Source: Octopus vulgaris
Lineage: Eukaryota
Length of the DNA: 64,000 nucleotides
Direction: 5' to 3'
Assembly: GCA_951406725.2 (NCBI GenBank)
Contig: OX597815.1
Span: 15,128,001 to 15,192,000, forward strand
In this document: piece after piece, positions 52,549-64,000 of the stretch
Numbering within the stretch: position 1 is the first letter of the stretch
Layout of the letters: every line of letters starts with the position of its first letter
Made by a program: the position numbers and the translations under genes
Notes under the pieces: model-generated
Databases searched by the model: none
What the model was told of the DNA's origin: nothing
Seen by the model: only the letters and a program-made list of their open reading frames with translations

Positions 52549-52844
52549 TATTCTCTTTTTCTTTCCTTTTGAAAAAAAAAACCCAGTAACTGTAACCTTT
52601 AATCAACCTTAACCCTACTTTATGACACTTACCATGAAATTTATTCTCCTTTTTTTATAGAACTATTAACTGGAACCAATAATCAGCCCTGACCTTATTT
52701 TAATTCAATTTCATCTCTGTTTAATCTTTAGATTCTTATTACTGTAAATGTAACCTGATAGCAGTGATATTTTTCAATAATTTACGCTATGTTAATAGTA
52801 TAAGTACTCATCTAAAACAATTTAGCATTCGTATTATCTTATAC

Positions 52845-53385
52845 ATAATGTACATATAATACTGCATAATGTTCATATGATACAGCATAATGTTCATATG
52901 ATAATGCATAATGTTCATTTGATACTACATAATGTTCATATGATACTGCATAATGTTCATATAATACTGCATAATGTTTATGGAAGCACTCCGTCGGTTA
53001 CGACGATGAGGGTTCCGGTTGACCCGATCAACGGAACAGCCCGCTCGTGAAATTAACGTGTAAGTGGCTGAGTTCTCGGGGATATTCAGCGTGACACGGA
53101 GAGTGACAAGGCCGGCCCCTTGAAATACAGGTACAACAGAAACAGGAAGTAAGAGTGAGAGAAAGTTGTGGTGAAAGAGTACAGCAGGGATCACCACCAT
53201 TCCCTGCCGGAGCCTCGTGGAGCTTTTAGGTGTTTTCGCTCAATAAACACACACAACGCCCGGTCTGGGAATCGAAACCGCGATCCTACGACCGCGAGTC
53301 CGCTGCCCTAACCACTGGGCCATTGCGCCTCTACATAATGTTCATATGATAATGCATAATGTTCATATGATAATGCAGAATGTAC
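52845..53385. repeat. 21-bp minisatellite CATAATGTTCATATGATACTG, interrupted by SINE C
   Basis: About 6 units left and 2-3 units right of the SINE. Confidence 0.85.
52981..53334 (-). mobile_element. SINE C
   Basis: Homologous to 2590-2973 with an internal deletion. Confidence 0.9.
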
Positions 53386-53769
53386 ATTTCAAATCATGTG
53401 TATAGTGGCCGTACGTGGGAATAAAACTGTAAACAATAATTTTATTTTCAATGTTACACGGTCTATCAGACTTTGAACAATTTAATCGTAACATAATCCA
53501 TTACATTTGGTGATCCTCACGTGATTACAGCAGCTTCCGTTACATTTAGTGACATCCGACGTGATTCGAACCTTCTTTGCGTTTGGTAACCCCAACGCAA
53601 GAATAACAGCCTTCCATTACATTTTGGTGACCCGGTACTAAGAACAACTCTCTTTACACACATACACACACTCACTCACACATACACTCATTCACTCTCT
53701 CTCTCTCTCTCTCTCTATCACACACACACACATATATATGTTCATCACACATACAAATACATATATTCA

Positions 53770-53910
53770 TCACGACTGTCCGAGGACGGGAAAGTGAAAT
53801 TTCGAGCAACAGTTTTGTGAAGATTATGCAGCTTTAATAAAAGTATATTACTCTACCTTAGGTATTCAAGTACTATTTTCCACCTTGTTTTACGCTTATG
53901 TGCTTACTTG
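53770..53910 (+). mobile_element. Diverged family H element with decayed hammerhead (53776-53812)
   Basis: CTGT-CCGAGGA...GAAA...ACAG; downstream sequence is homologous to the reverse of 27741-27845. Confidence 0.55.
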
Positions 53911-53912
53911 CG

Positions 53913-53987
<75 letters not shown>

Positions 53988-54019
53988 CTCTATCTATCTA
54001 TCTATCGATCGATCGATAG

Positions 54020-54067
<48 letters not shown>

Positions 54068-54068
54068 C

Positions 54069-54119
<51 letters not shown>

Positions 54120-54239
54120 GTCGATCTATCTATCTATCTATATATCTATCTATCTACCTATCTATCTGTCTGTGTGTCTATCTATCTGTCTGTCTATCTA
54201 TCTGTCCGTCTGTCTGTCTATCTATCTACCTACCAATCG

Positions 54240-54324
<85 letters not shown>

Positions 54325-55204
54325 TGTATGTATGTATGTATGTATGCATGTTTGTGTGAGTGGGTGTGTGTGTTTGTGTATATATAAATACATATGTATA
54401 GAGAGAGAGAGAGAGAGAGAGAGGAGTGTGTGTATGTGTGTCATATGCAAAGTAGTATTAGCACCGGCAGAATTTCAGGTCAAATCAAGCAAGACAGAAA
54501 CACAAACTTTGTTGTTTCTGCATTTGACAATTCACAAAAGATTGAGAACACTAGGTTAAGGCAAGGTCGAGTCAGAAACGAGAAAGAAAAACACACACAC
54601 ACAGATCTACCAAAGCTTCTTTATTCAGGTCATACAACAAAGAATGCATGCGGGTAACTCATGACTAAATTAAAACTCATTCAGCATGTCGAATTGCTCC
54701 ACATACTTCAGAGGAGAGTTGTAGTTTTTTTGCCTTATTTTTATGTCAACGATTCGCAACTTTCCGATTTGAAAATGTAAAAGGAGCCTTCAGCGGTTTA
54801 TACGATGATTATTGCATTCTATAGTGAAACCATCAATTCATTAAATTATAGCTGAGTATTTCAAGGACACTTGTACACTTTACGGGATTTCCAGGTTGGA
54901 TTAGCGTTGTGAATTGTGTAAGAAAATTGGGGTTTTTTGTAAGAAAGTTGGCCTTTTAAATTATAGATACACTTCATCCGACGAGCTTTTACGTATTTTC
55001 CATATATCTAATTCCACTCACAACGCTTGTGGTGAGGCGAGCTGTGGTAAAAGACACGTGCCCAAGTATTGGGATCGAACATGGGCCTTTGGGATTATAG
55101 AGCGTACTTCTTAACTTATCGACCATGTCTAAACCGATCTACAAGCTCAGCCCTGACACACATATCTATATAACAACTATATAAATGAGATTTTATGTGT
55201 GTAT

Positions 55205-55522
55205 TGTAGTGTGATGGATGAAGAGGACAACAGAAAAGGAAGCAACGGGAGAAAGAAATACAAAAGGCCTTACCTCGGCGAAAATCAGCGGTCTCTCACG
55301 AATTCGACACGTCCTGTCGCTTTGTCGTCTATGCTCGAACTGTTCGCTTCGTCGATGACCACACGTGCATCCTACTTGACCGCTTCCGCTTCCTGCCACA
55401 CATGCGCCCTGCAGTCTTCCGCCGGCCCCTGCAAGCCCTACTTCCGCCCACCCCATCTGCCATCCTCTCCACCAGCACCACATAGCTCATCACATCCCAT
55501 AATACCGACTGCCAACACCACA
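55205..55522. mobile_element. Solo LTR
   Basis: TGTAGTGT...ACACCACA termini; 5-bp TSD TGTAT; GC-richer than flanks. Confidence 0.7.
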
Positions 55523-56154
55523 TGTATGTATGTGAATATGTCTCGGATAGTCTCCGAAACGGTGCGTCATAGAGAAAAACGGGTTTGATTTTCAAAATCT
55601 ACATTCTAACGACAAAGTCATCGCTTATAGTTAATAAAAAATTTTCATTTTCTACGAGAAATAATTCAACTTTTAGATCGATAAATCTACCATTTTGCAT
55701 TTATCTCCATCAGGTTTTTTTTCTCTTTTATGCCTTTTCCCAACTTTCTGTCATTGTCTAACCTATATATCTCTGATGACAACATACTCAACTTACAGAG
55801 TCTTCGGTCGGTATGATGCTCCAATAGCTGGGATATCTCAGAAACAGCTGTCAGAGACTACTTTTTAATATTTTTTACCATTTATTTTTATCACTCGTTA
55901 TCTAACTAAATTAGATTGTATTAAATTAAATCAAAAGTCCTTATCATACCTTACCTAATCTTTTGCCGTTCCTCACTACTTCAATCTACACCGACTGACT
56001 TAAAGGGAAACCAACTTTTGCTGTTTTGAACAAGACAAGTACATAACCACAACTTCAACTGTGTTCAAACTGGAATTTAGGTGGCACTCCTATTTGAGCA
56101 CTCAAAACGCATACCTGTCAATTTGAGTCATCATGTCGGAAATACTTCAGATCT

Positions 56155-56186
<32 letters not shown>

Positions 56187-56316
56187 CATACATACATACA
56201 TACATACATACATACATACATACATGTATGTTTGTCGAATTGACTGGAAAGAAGTGGTTGAATGAAAGTAACTTGACGAAAGTGTGCACGCAAGCGTGTG
56301 TGTTTATGTGAAGGTG

Positions 56317-56366
<50 letters not shown>

Positions 56367-56403
56367 GTCTTTCCTTGTTTGTTTTGCAAAATAGTCTCTA
56401 ATA

Positions 56404-56480
<77 letters not shown>

Positions 56481-56617
56481 TATATAAATTGGAGATAAAA
56501 CCACTATTAGGCAAATCAAACAATGAAAAACTTAAGTCAATACATAAAATTAATTAATTTATATTATTTTAAATATATATCAAAATTATTAAAAGTTTAA
56601 TAAAAGGATAATGAGTA

Positions 56618-56692
56618 AAACACTACGATCGTTTCATGGTTGTCCAATTCGTAATAATTCGAGTTATGGTTACAGTCAATCTTCAGGTAATT
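56618..56692 (-). ncRNA. Hammerhead motif in (TA)n-flanked element 56486-56712
   Basis: AAUUAC-CUGAAGA-U-[imperfect long stem II]-U-GAAA-CGAUCG-UA-GUGUUU. Confidence 0.55.
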
Positions 56693-56711
56693 GAAATATT
56701 TATCTTAGCGA

Positions 56712-56768
<57 letters not shown>

Positions 56769-56771
<3 letters not shown>

Positions 56772-56942
56772 CCACTACACACATTTTCTCTCTCCTTGTT
56801 TCTTTCTGTCTTCCTTTCTGTGGAAGAGCGTAGGCTCGAAACGTAAAAAACATTTTCAATTCCCGAGCGTTATACTAATACATCTGGGGGGTTTTCTACA
56901 CCACCTGTCTTCGTCTTTTCTTTTCTTCGTGAATTCTCCCTA
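56769..56942 (+). mobile_element. Family F element, hammerhead-like motif at 56814-56848
   Basis: CUUU-CUGUGGA-A-GAGC(GUAG)GCUC-GAAA-CG-UA-AAAA. Confidence 0.7.
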
Positions 56943-56944
56943 TA

Positions 56945-57181
56945 TATGTGCCCGCCAAATTTGGTTCTGGTGTTCGCTGAATTTTTCCTCTAGAGAACTT
57001 CCTTTGTAGTTTGATCGTTGATGATCTATTTCTAGCATACGGCCAACTACCTAGCAGTCTTGCCCTGCCAATATACACATATATTAGAATTTTCTCTGAC
57101 TTCTCAGATTTTTTGTATGCTGGACTACTGGTTTTAAATTGATATTAAAATTAATATTAATTTATCTCCCTCATTATTTAA

Positions 57182-57182
<1 letters not shown>
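56945..57182 (+). mobile_element. Terminal fragment of the 1931-2140 family
   Basis: Inverted homology to 1931-2140; ends at (TA)n. Confidence 0.7.
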
Positions 57183-57247
<65 letters not shown>

Positions 57248-58794
57248 ATGTATGTATGTATGTATGTATGTATGTATGTATGTATGTATGGTAAATAAAC
57301 AAACGACATCACGTATACTGGTCGTAAAACCGGAGGGGAGACAAACATAGAAGGTCCCCAATTCTTCATTTATCAAACAATTGTTAATATTCGGTTTCGT
57401 GCCATTAATGATAAGACCGAGGACTTCGCAATTGACGGTACCCTCAAAAATTTTTTTTTGATATCGGAGAATTAGTGCCGAGAGCAAACAAAACAAAACA
57501 AAACGAGGCAAAGCAAGACGATACAAAGTGTGACTCAGGACGGTGGAGAAGGACGAGCAATACATAAATAAACTATTATAAACAGTCAGACGCAATGTGA
57601 TACTATAAAGGAAAAATTCACTCGTCCCTAAGCGTGGCTTAGGATGCCGGAGCACATACATTGCTAGAAATAAAAGTTAAAATACTCTTAATGTTGTAGG
57701 AGGAGCGCAGAAAGTATACATATATGCTGACAGGGAAGGTAACCGCTCCATAGACAGGTAAGGGAAAAACAAGCAAGTTGTATTAGTTTGAAGCAGTAAA
57801 GTTCTTACTTTCATCTTTATCAACCTCTCCATGATTTCTCAGTCTCATTTTCAGGACGTAGAATGGGTTTGGTTTTTGTATTGCCCTTTTTATACTGAGC
57901 AGCTAACATTTATACAACTTTCTTGACAGAATTTGACCGTTAGAGCCTTAGATTTGTACGCTATTGTATTTGTATTTTTGACGTGCGTGTGTTGTATATG
58001 TTAATTGTAACCTTGCAATCTTTGTACTGCTTCCACAGTCAATCGTCTATTTCTGAGGGAAATTCTATAAAGTATGAAAGTATTTTCTGTTTATGATCTA
58101 TCCTTTTTTGTTTCATAGCGTGTAATGTTAGAACTGTAACGTTTGGAAAATTAACATTACCAGCGGAATTTCAACCGTGTTTCATGGTCTGTTATCACAA
58201 CAGCTCCTTTATAGGATCCAGTTAGCTCAAGACATCATCAGGAGGAACCACGTCCGGTTTCGGCCCCTACTCCTCTACCGTTTTGACGTGGCGGGATCCC
58301 CTTTTTCAGCGGTGTCTTCAGCTCTGGTGTTCTTTCTGCTTCTTTCTTCTGTTCCCTGACCTCTTCGATGTAGCGTCAACGAGTGTCAGCGGGCGACTGA
58401 CTGTCTTGTCAAATTTTTTCCCTTTAAATACCTGCCGCATAGGCTCCAGCAGGCAGCCCCAGCAAGTTGTCACGTGAACCTGTCTCAACTTTAACTGACC
58501 AATGAAGGCGCGTAGTCTTAGTCCACGCATTCTCTAACCGACCGTCACCTGTCAACCAGAGAAGCTAATTCAGTGTCAGCTTGTCTCACCTAGTGATGTT
58601 ATTTCCTGCCGGCATTTTATGACTTTCAAGCCATTTTTGATCTTCCCGCTTCAGCCAAACAAAAGGAAAGAAAGAGAGAGAACATGATTGCAATAGATTG
58701 AATAAAGATTATGCGCACACAGTTGTTGTCTAATAGAGTAATGAACTTGACATTACAGACAGAGCTTAAATAAATCAATAGATACTTATTACAT

Positions 58795-59007
58795 CTCTCT
58801 TTTACTCTTTTACTTGTTTCAGTCATTTGACTGCGGCCATGCTGGAGCACCGCCTTTAGTCGAGCAAATCGACCCCGAGACTTATTCTTTGTAAGCCCAG
58901 TACTTATTCTATCGGTCTCTTTCGCCGAACCGCTAAGTGACGGGGACGTAAACACACCAGCATCGGTTGTCAAGCAATGCTAGGGGGACAAACACATACA
59001 CACATAC

Positions 59008-59066
<59 letters not shown>

Positions 59067-59225
59067 TACGACAGGCTTCTTTCAGTTTCTGTCTACCAAA
59101 TCCACTCACAAGGCATTGGTCGGCCCGGGGCTATAGCAGAAGACACTTGCCCGAGATGCCACGCAGTGGGACTGAACCCGGAACCATGTGGTTGGTTAGC
59201 AAGCTACTTACCACACAGCCACTCC
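58795..59225 (-). mobile_element. SINE A, full length
   Basis: Homologous to the 50807 copy. Confidence 0.9.
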
Positions 59226-59463
59226 AAGCAAAACAAAAATAGTTTTTACTCTTGTTTTTAAATACACGTGCAATATGGTCAAAATACTTTCCCTAATGAC
59301 AGGGTTTTGAAACCTCGAGATTTATAGCTTCCTACGCAGAATCTGTTAATTACGTAACCCACTTAATTGTCTGTGTGGATTCCTGTCTCCGAGTCTATGC
59401 AATTAAGTGGAGTCGAATGCAATAAAATGATGGTTGCCTTTGCTCTGATAAATTTTAATGAAT

Positions 59464-59465
<2 letters not shown>

Positions 59466-59533
<68 letters not shown>

Positions 59534-60505
59534 GAGGAGGAGGAGGAGGAGGAGGAGGTGGTGGTGGTGGAGGAAGAGGAGGAGGAGGAAGAAGAGGAGG
59601 AGGAGGAGGGGCAGCGGCAGGAGCAGGAGCTGGAAGAGCAGAATCAGGAGAAACAGGAGAAACAGGAGGAGTAAGATAAGAAGCAGGAGAGCAAGAGCAA
59701 GAGGAGCAGAAGGAGTAGAAAGAAAGGAAGGAGGAATAAGAAGAAGAAGAAAAGAAGAAAGAAGAAAAGGTGAAAGACGAAAAGGAGGAAGAGTGGGAGG
59801 TGGAGGAGAAGTGGAAGAGGAGGAGGGGAGGAGGAGTAGGAGATGGAGGAAGTGGAAATGAAGGAGGAGGAGGAAGTGGAAGAGGAGGAGGAAGTGGAAA
59901 AGAAGGAGGAGGAGGAAGTGGAAGAGGAGGAGGAGGAAGTGGAAAAGAAGGAGGAGGAGGAAGTGGAAAAGAAGGAGGAGGAGGAAGTGGAAGAGGAGGG
60001 AGGAGGAGGAAGAGGAGGAGGAGGAGGAGGAGCAGGAGGAGCAGGAAGTGAAAAAGAAGGAGAGGAGGAAGTGGAAAAGAAGGAGGAGGAGGAAGTGGAA
60101 AAGAAGGAGGAGGAGGAAGTGGAAGAGGAGGAGGAGGAGGAAGTTAAAAAGGAGGAGGAGGAGGAGGAAGTGGAAGAGGAGGAGAAAGAAGATGAAGAAG
60201 AGGGGCAGGGGAAGAGGAGGGGGAAGGAGCAAGAAGACGAAGAGAAGTAGAAGCAGGAGGAGCAGGAAGAGCAGAAGGAAGAGCAGAAGAAGGAGAACGA
60301 GGGGGAGGAGAGGAAGAGGGGAAAGAGGAGCCGCAGTAGCATGAAGACGAGGAGGAGTGGGACGATGATGAGGACGCCGGGATGTTGGAGGTGGCGGAGG
60401 AGCAGCAGCAGCAGAAGAAGGAGGATGGGAAGAGGGGAGTAGAAGGAGGAGGAGGTGGAGTGATGGAAGAGGAACAGCAGCGGCAGGAGGAGGGGGAGGA
60501 GGGGG
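59466..60505. repeat. (GTA)n then GGA/GAA polypurine tract with ~21-24-bp subrepeat
   Basis: Direct reading. Confidence 0.9.
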
Positions 60506-60664
60506 GTCATGAACTTTATATTCCTCATCGCTTCTGCAGAGTGAAATTTGATATTCAGCCTGAACTTTGGTGAGTTCTGATATAGAGAGAAAATGGAGAC
60601 AGGATAGGAATTCCAGCAGCCAAACTCTTCTGAAGGATGTGCGACAGTGTTTAGTGTAGGGTTT

Positions 60665-60884
60665 TGTACGGTTGAGATACAGCCTCTATGGCATACATAT
60701 TCCCCACCTGGACGGGACGATGACCCATCGCAGGATTACTCATTTTACCATCTGAGTGAAGTGGAGCAGTATAAAATGAAGTGCTTTGCTCAAGAACACA
60801 ACACCTCGATCAGTCCAGGAATCGAAACCACAGTCCTACGATCATGAGTCCGACACTCTAACCACTAAGCCATGAGCCTCTACT
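60665..60884 (-). mobile_element. tRNA-headed SINE with CORE/Nin-like body
   Basis: TGGCTTAGTGG, GTTTCGATTCC, and CCTGCGATGG...TCCCGTCCAGG. Confidence 0.7.
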
Positions 60885-61204
60885 TATAAAGACATTAGCT
60901 AAGACTTATCTACGGAGAAAAGAATAGTTGAGTGTTGTTCGTGAGTGTTGTAAAACTATTTATTGGGTAAGTGTTGATATCGTTTGAGTGTGTCGGTCAC
61001 GGACTCACATTTTGATGTTGGCGTCTTGTAGGGTGGAATTCGTTATTTGTATGAATAGAATAGATTGCAAATCACCTGAGATTCTTGCACATTGAAAGTG
61101 TTTAGTCCTAACTGATCCGACATGATTAAAAACATTCAAATCTTGACGATCCATCTTAATTAATATTATTAGTGTTGTTGTTGTTGTTCTCTTTTACGGA
61201 TTCC

Positions 61205-61532
61205 ACGGACAAGGAGGCTCACCAATGGAGAAGTTCTTAAGCAGATAAGGCCGAAAATGTTGCTAGAATCTAGGATCACCAAGCATAGAGTGGCATATTT
61301 CGGTCATATTATGCGGAGAAAATCCCTGGAGAAGGACATCATGCTCGGAATGGTCAGTGGCAAAAGAGGAAGAGGCCGACCAAGAACCCGCTGGCTTGAC
61401 ACCATCAAGAGTGTGATACCGGAATGGACATAGCCAATCTGAAAGAAGCGGCCCAGGATAGAACTGACTGGAGGACACTGATCCAACGAGTGACCGAGAG
61501 TCGACTTCGACTGAGCGGATAGAGAGAGAGAG
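61205..61532 (+). mobile_element. RTE (BovB-like) LINE 3' end
   Basis: YFGHIMRRKSLEKDIMLGMVSGKRGRGRPRTRWLD...DRTDWR; (AG)n tail. Confidence 0.85.
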
Positions 61533-61780
61533 TTGTTGTTCTTTATTTCTCTGTTGTCTTTTTATTTTTTTATTTATTTATTTATTTATTTATTTCTCGT
61601 GTTTTTATGGACCAGACTGCGTATCTAGGACTATATTATTCAGCGTTTCCTTCCCTTTTTTGAGAGACAGATGAGTATTATGTTAAAACGATTTAGCTGC
61701 TATTTTTAGTAGAATCAAATGGTTCAGTTGCGTTTTCCTCATTTACTTCCAAGGTAAGTTGACAATGATAGTAATATTAC

Positions 61781-62470
61781 GCGGCGAGCTGGCAGAAACG
61801 TTAGCACGCTGGGCGAAATGCGTAGCCGTATTTCGTCTGCCGCTACGTTCCGAGTTCAAATTCCGCCGAGGTCGACTTTGCCTTTCATCCTTTCGGGGTC
61901 GATAAATTAAGTACCAGTTACGCACTGGAGTCGATGTAATCGACTTAATCCGTTTGTCTGTCCTTGTTTGTCCCCTCTGTGTTTAGCCCCTTGCGGGTAG
62001 TAGAGAAATAGATAGTAATTTTAGTATCATGGGAAGATGGCGAGCTGCCAGAATCGTTAGCACACCGTGCAAAATGCTTAGCGGCATTTCGTTCGTCTTT
62101 ACTGATCTGAGTTCAAATTCCGCCGATGTCCACTTTGCCATTCATCCTTTCGAGAACAGTAAAATAAATACCAGTGGAGCCCTGGAACCGATGTAATCGA
62201 CTAGACCCTCCCCCGAAATTGCTCGTCTTGTGCGAAAACTTGTAACCATTATTATTAAAGCGACACGCTGACAGAATTTTTTGGACGCTGAGCAAAATGC
62301 TTAGTGGCATTACGTCCGTCTTTATGTGTTGAGAATTGAAATTCCGTCAAGGTCGACTTTGTTATTCATTCTTTCGTATAAGTACCAGTTGAGCACTGGG
62401 GTCGATGTAATCGACTTACACCCCCACGCCCAAACTTGCTAGTCTTGTGTCAAAATTCGAAACCAATATT
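61781..62470 (+). mobile_element. Three adjacent SINE B copies (one young with TSD, two old)
   Basis: 61781-62010 is flanked by GATAGTAAT(A/T)TTA. 62035-62255 and 62258-62470 are diverged. Confidence 0.85.
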
Positions 62471-62710
62471 AGTATTATGGATGGTGTTGTTGCTGTTGTT
62501 GTGTGGCTTTAAGTCAGCCCTGACTTAACACATCTATAATGAAGGGTGCTTGAGCTCTGCTCATCTCGTCTATTCAAAAGCATAGAATCATCCGAACTAC
62601 ATTCTCCTATACCTCCCATCCTCCACCTTTAAGACAATAAAGTATAGTTTTAAACAGATTGAATCGCTATTTCTTGTCGAGCCACCGCATAGAGGCGCCA
62701 CCACTGATTG

Positions 62711-62920
62711 TGGAGGCACATGGCCTAGTGGTTAGAGCAGCGGACTCGCGGTCGAGGGATCGCGAGTTCGAATCTCAGACCGGGCGATGTGTGTCTTTAT
62801 GAGCGAAACACCTAAGCTCCACGCAGCTCCGGCAGAAGGTAATGGTGAACTTCTGCTGACTCTTTCGCCACAACTTTCTCTCACTCTTTCCTCCTGCATC
62901 TTGCAGCTCACCTGCGACGG
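62711..62920 (+). mobile_element. SINE C-like variant
   Basis: Family C head, divergent body. Confidence 0.8.
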
Positions 62921-63069
62921 TACTAAATGGTGGTACTAAATGTTATGATGAGTTACCAGTTACCAAGACACTCCTACAACGCAAAGAAGTTAGCAGCAAC
63001 AATGAGTTTTAACATAAACTGAGCCCCACAAGTGATTAGACCTGTGCATGTACATGACTTCTTGTACAA

Positions 63070-63103
63070 ATCCTTGTGAGTGGAAACTGAAAGAAGCCTG
63101 TCG

Positions 63104-63181
<78 letters not shown>

Positions 63182-63370
63182 TCCCCCAACATCGCTTGAC
63201 AACCGATGCTGGTGTGTTTACGTCCCCGTAACTTATTGGTTCGGTAAAAGTGGCCGATAGAATAAGTACTAGGCTTACAAAGTCCCGGGGTCGATTTGCT
63301 CGACTAAAGGCGGTGCTCCAGCATGGCAATAGTCAAATGACTGAAACAAGTAAAAAAGTAAAAAGAGTAA
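63070..63370 (+). mobile_element. SINE A, 5'-truncated
   Basis: Matches the family A body and tail. Confidence 0.85.
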
Positions 63371-64000
63371 ATCGAAGTACAACGAAGACATCGACTTCTG
63401 TTGTCTGAAAGGTATAACCGACCATGGAATTTGAACTCAGAACTTTAAGAAATATAACAAAATACCACAAAGCATTTTTTCCGGCATTCTTGCCATTTCT
63501 ACAACGTCATCATAGTTAAGCTCTTCGCTCCCTTTGAAGTATAGGTCACCAACGACTCTTCTCTCCTGTTCTCAGCCAGGTTTTGAATTGTAATCAATGC
63601 TTTTGTAGCTGTTTTTTTTTTCGAAGTTCGTGGTGTTGTCCCTATGCAAACCCATTTTTACCTCTGAGCACAGGTGGTCCATATTAGCCTGGTTTCTATC
63701 CTTTGACCTGTTCAGTATTAGAGTCACTGCTTGGAACTTGCACTCCTCTGGCACAGCTCTCAGTGTCACTGAGCTACATGAGTGACCACACAATGCAAGA
63801 AAAGATGGACTTCATGGTGGACAACATCATCATCACCAAAATGGCCACACATATCAAGACAGTCAATTGGCTCAATACCGGAACTGGAATGTTGATTATC
63901 TTACCGATTCTTGAAGGATGACAAATCACAGTCGATCCCAGCGGGAATCGAACCCAGGACGTTGCATTTTTTTTTTTCAAGACCGTTGCTTTTTTTTTTT

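Noticed and set aside
57395-57450. Hairpin followed by GAAA on the minus strand
   Set aside because: CUGANGA and stems I/III are not recoverable; too degraded to call.
63530-63900. Possible CR1 RT fragment (VPEECK..VTLIL)
   Set aside because: Similarity is too weak to support a call by eye.

Overview
This is AT-rich, repeat-saturated eukaryotic DNA with a 100-N scaffold gap at 21886-21985. The SINE families resemble those of octopus genomes (recognition from memory, not a database hit). No intact protein-coding gene is evident, and almost all long ORFs in the track are translations of microsatellites. The window holds three tRNA-headed SINE groups, decayed LINEs (Tx1/L1-, CR1-, CR1/L2- and RTE-like), Tc1/mariner and hAT remnants, three non-autonomous Helitrons, a solo LTR and Penelope-like (PLE) relics. 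A few phase-compatible minus-strand exon candidates may belong to a host gene. Two signals stand out. (1) About fifteen minimal type-I hammerhead-ribozyme-like motifs from several unrelated short elements sit mostly in (TA)n tracts, often as fold-back palindromes, and include recurring core variants (U3-A8, A6U). (2) A SINE whose 3' tail matches a Tx1-like LINE in the window forms head-to-tail arrays with a fixed junction inside the SINE's own head, suggesting self-targeted insertion. All structures were read by eye; none is experimentally or computationally validated.
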